Virus record (IMG/VR): IMGVR_UViG_3300006127_000086
Coordinates: 1 to 26,164 of that record
Reading direction: 5' to 3' (one strand)
Length of the DNA: 26,164 bases
From: a virus
Taxonomy: Duplodnaviria > Caudoviricetes
The first letter of the stretch is position 1, and each line of letters begins with the position of its first letter. Positions 24,646-26,164 of this stretch are shown here, one piece after another. The notes beneath the pieces are model-generated. The model ran no database searches, had not been told where the DNA came from, and was given only the letters and a program-made list of their open reading frames with translations. Position numbers and translations under genes: made by a program.

Positions 24646-26073
24646 TTAAACCACAACTGAAATACTCATCAAATAACGGTCAAGGTCAGCATTTCTTGCT
24701 CTTGCCGTATTTGTTTGTACAATCTTAGGTGGAGATTTATCACCAATAGTATTAGTACTACTGTTTACAGAAACGATTGGTTGAGTATCACCACCTGTTG
24801 ATGCTTGTGTTGGTGCCGTTTCAGGTACCGGTGGATTGGCAGATTTTTGTACTGGTTGTGCAGTTGGTGTTGAAGGTGTTGCTGGTGCTGGCACACTAGG
24901 TGGTGGCGCAGGAGTTGCAGGAGCTTGTTGTTGAGGAACACTTACAGTATTTCCTTTTTTAATTTCTGCTCTAGATGCCTTAGCCCAAGCGTAAGCTTCT
25001 TCTTGTTCTTTCTTTGGTGCTTCTATTGTTGCTTTATAACCTTTTGCTTTTAAATAATCAGCAGCAAGTTCATCTACACCAGTATCTTTATTATAAGTTT
25101 TTGCTGAAGTTTTTTCTGGATGTTCTTTCAACCAAACTTGATATGCCGCTTGACCTTCTGGTGTTTTAGATTCTTTTAATCTTTCTCCAACCAAATCGTC
25201 CATAAGTTTTTCATTCTCTACCGACATAACTTCACTACCACCAACAGCATTGGTTGCTCGGACCTGTTTTTCTAATCCTCTAACATCACCTTTGTCTGCT
25301 AATTGTTTTTCTTTATCTTTTGACCAATCAAGCATCCATGCACTTAGAGCTATGCCTAAAGCTGGCAAAGCAAAAAGAGCACCAAATTCACCTGTAATAA
25401 ATTTCATTAGCCAATCTTTTTTTAGTGCTTCTATCATTGGCGTCAAAAGTTTAGATAAATTCTCAAACTTTTCTTTTAAATCATTAATGAAATCCATTAT
25501 ACCACTAAACAATCCGCCATCTTTCTTTTCTTCTGCAGGAGTTTTTGGTACTTTTAAATATTTTTTGATAGTTCTGACCAACTCATTGTGTCTGCGGTCA
25601 TCTTCATCCATTTCTTCTTGTTTGAATGCTTTCTCAATTTCATGGTTGAGTTTATGTAATTCTTCATTTTGCATCATAAAGTTATACATTTTGGCCAGTA
25701 CATCAGCCACACCATCACCACGTTTCAATGGTTTAATTGGACCTGCAGCAATAGTAGTAAATTGAGGATCTTTCTTACCTTTGATTTTCTTGCGGCCAAT
25801 ACCACCAAATGCTTTGATATCTTTATCACTACGACCAAACAATCTACCCAAACCAGTAACAGCAAAATCACCAAAAGCACCTTTGCCTGTGGCTTTTCTG
25901 ACCCAATTTAAAGGATCCAAACTCTCTTTAATACCTTTGGCTTTGGCTTGAAATTTTTGAGAAACTGCACCACCGATAGAAGCAGTAATACTTTTACCTT
26001 CACCAAACTTTTGTTGATTGATGAGAGATAAAAGACTCTTTTTTCTAATGCTTCGTGCTTTTTGATAGTCCAT
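24646..26073 (-). CDS. hypothetical protein, probably virion/baseplate-hub region
   Basis: 475 aa; basic N-terminus, coiled-coil, hydrophobic stretch, Pro/Ala/Thr-rich linker; opposite strand after gene 32 as in T4-like layouts. Confidence 0.75.
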   Translation of the reverse strand: MDYQKARSIRKKSLLSLINQQKFGEGKSITASIGGAVSQKFQAKAKGIKESLDPLNWVRKATGKGAFGDFAVTGLGRLFGRSDKDIKAFGGIGRKKIKGKKDPQFTTIAAGPIKPLKRGDGVADVLAKMYNFMMQNEELHKLNHEIEKAFKQEEMDEDDRRHNELVRTIKKYLKVPKTPAEEKKDGGLFSGIMDFINDLKEKFENLSKLLTPMIEALKKDWLMKFITGEFGALFALPALGIALSAWMLDWSKDKEKQLADKGDVRGLEKQVRATNAVGGSEVMSVENEKLMDDLVGERLKESKTPEGQAAYQVWLKEHPEKTSAKTYNKDTGVDELAADYLKAKGYKATIEAPKKEQEEAYAWAKASRAEIKKGNTVSVPQQQAPATPAPPPSVPAPATPSTPTAQPVQKSANPPVPETAPTQASTGGDTQPIVSVNSSTNTIGDKSPPKIVQTNTARARNADLDRYLMSISVVV

Positions 26074-26074
26074 T

Positions 26075-26164
26075 TTATGCTAAATTAAATTGTTTCTGTA
26101 AAAATGCTGGATAATCTGATACAATTTCTTCTATTATACTATATGTAGTACCACCTTTAATTAT
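26075..26164 (-). CDS. 3' end of upstream gene (truncated by window)
   Basis: IIKGGTTYSIIEEIVSDYPAFLQKQFNLA-TAA ending 1 nt before the next ATG. Confidence 0.6.
   Translation of the reverse strand: MIKGGTTYSIIEEIVSDYPAFLQKQFNLA

Noticed and set aside
25250-25911. Plus-strand ORFs of 171 and 80 aa
   Set aside because: Antisense to the 475-aa gene, downstream of the gene 32 terminator, with shadow-like composition.

Overview
AT-rich segment of a T4-like (Tevenvirinae-related, probably environmental) dsDNA myophage genome. 1-13.3 kb is a densely packed + strand early region of small hypothetical genes driven by sigma70-like promoters, three of which are preceded by a conserved TGT(T/C)G-N8-CAACA palindrome. 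It also contains a CobS/MoxR-like AAA+ ATPase, a winged-helix protein, a metallophosphoesterase, an antisense GIY-YIG homing endonuclease and a DenV-like glycosylase. 13.35-20.0 kb is the most striking part: a compact cluster of a radical SAM/SPASM maturase, a membrane desaturase, a late-promoter-driven protein with 21 Cys in 94 residues (each preceded by Asn, Asp or Gln), an unknown protein and five tandem 2OG-Fe(II) oxygenases. It looks like a phage-encoded RiPP-like post-translational modification system acting on a probable virion protein (inference). Downstream are a frameshifted PD-(D/E)xK exonuclease, a circularly permuted two-piece tmRNA (tag ANDESYALAA), a SleB-like hydrolase, the T4 core genes 33, 59 and 32 with a HAD nucleotidase and an HNH endonuclease between 59 and 32, a terminator, and convergent - strand genes that are probably structural. 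All calls come from reading motifs by eye; no database searches were run.
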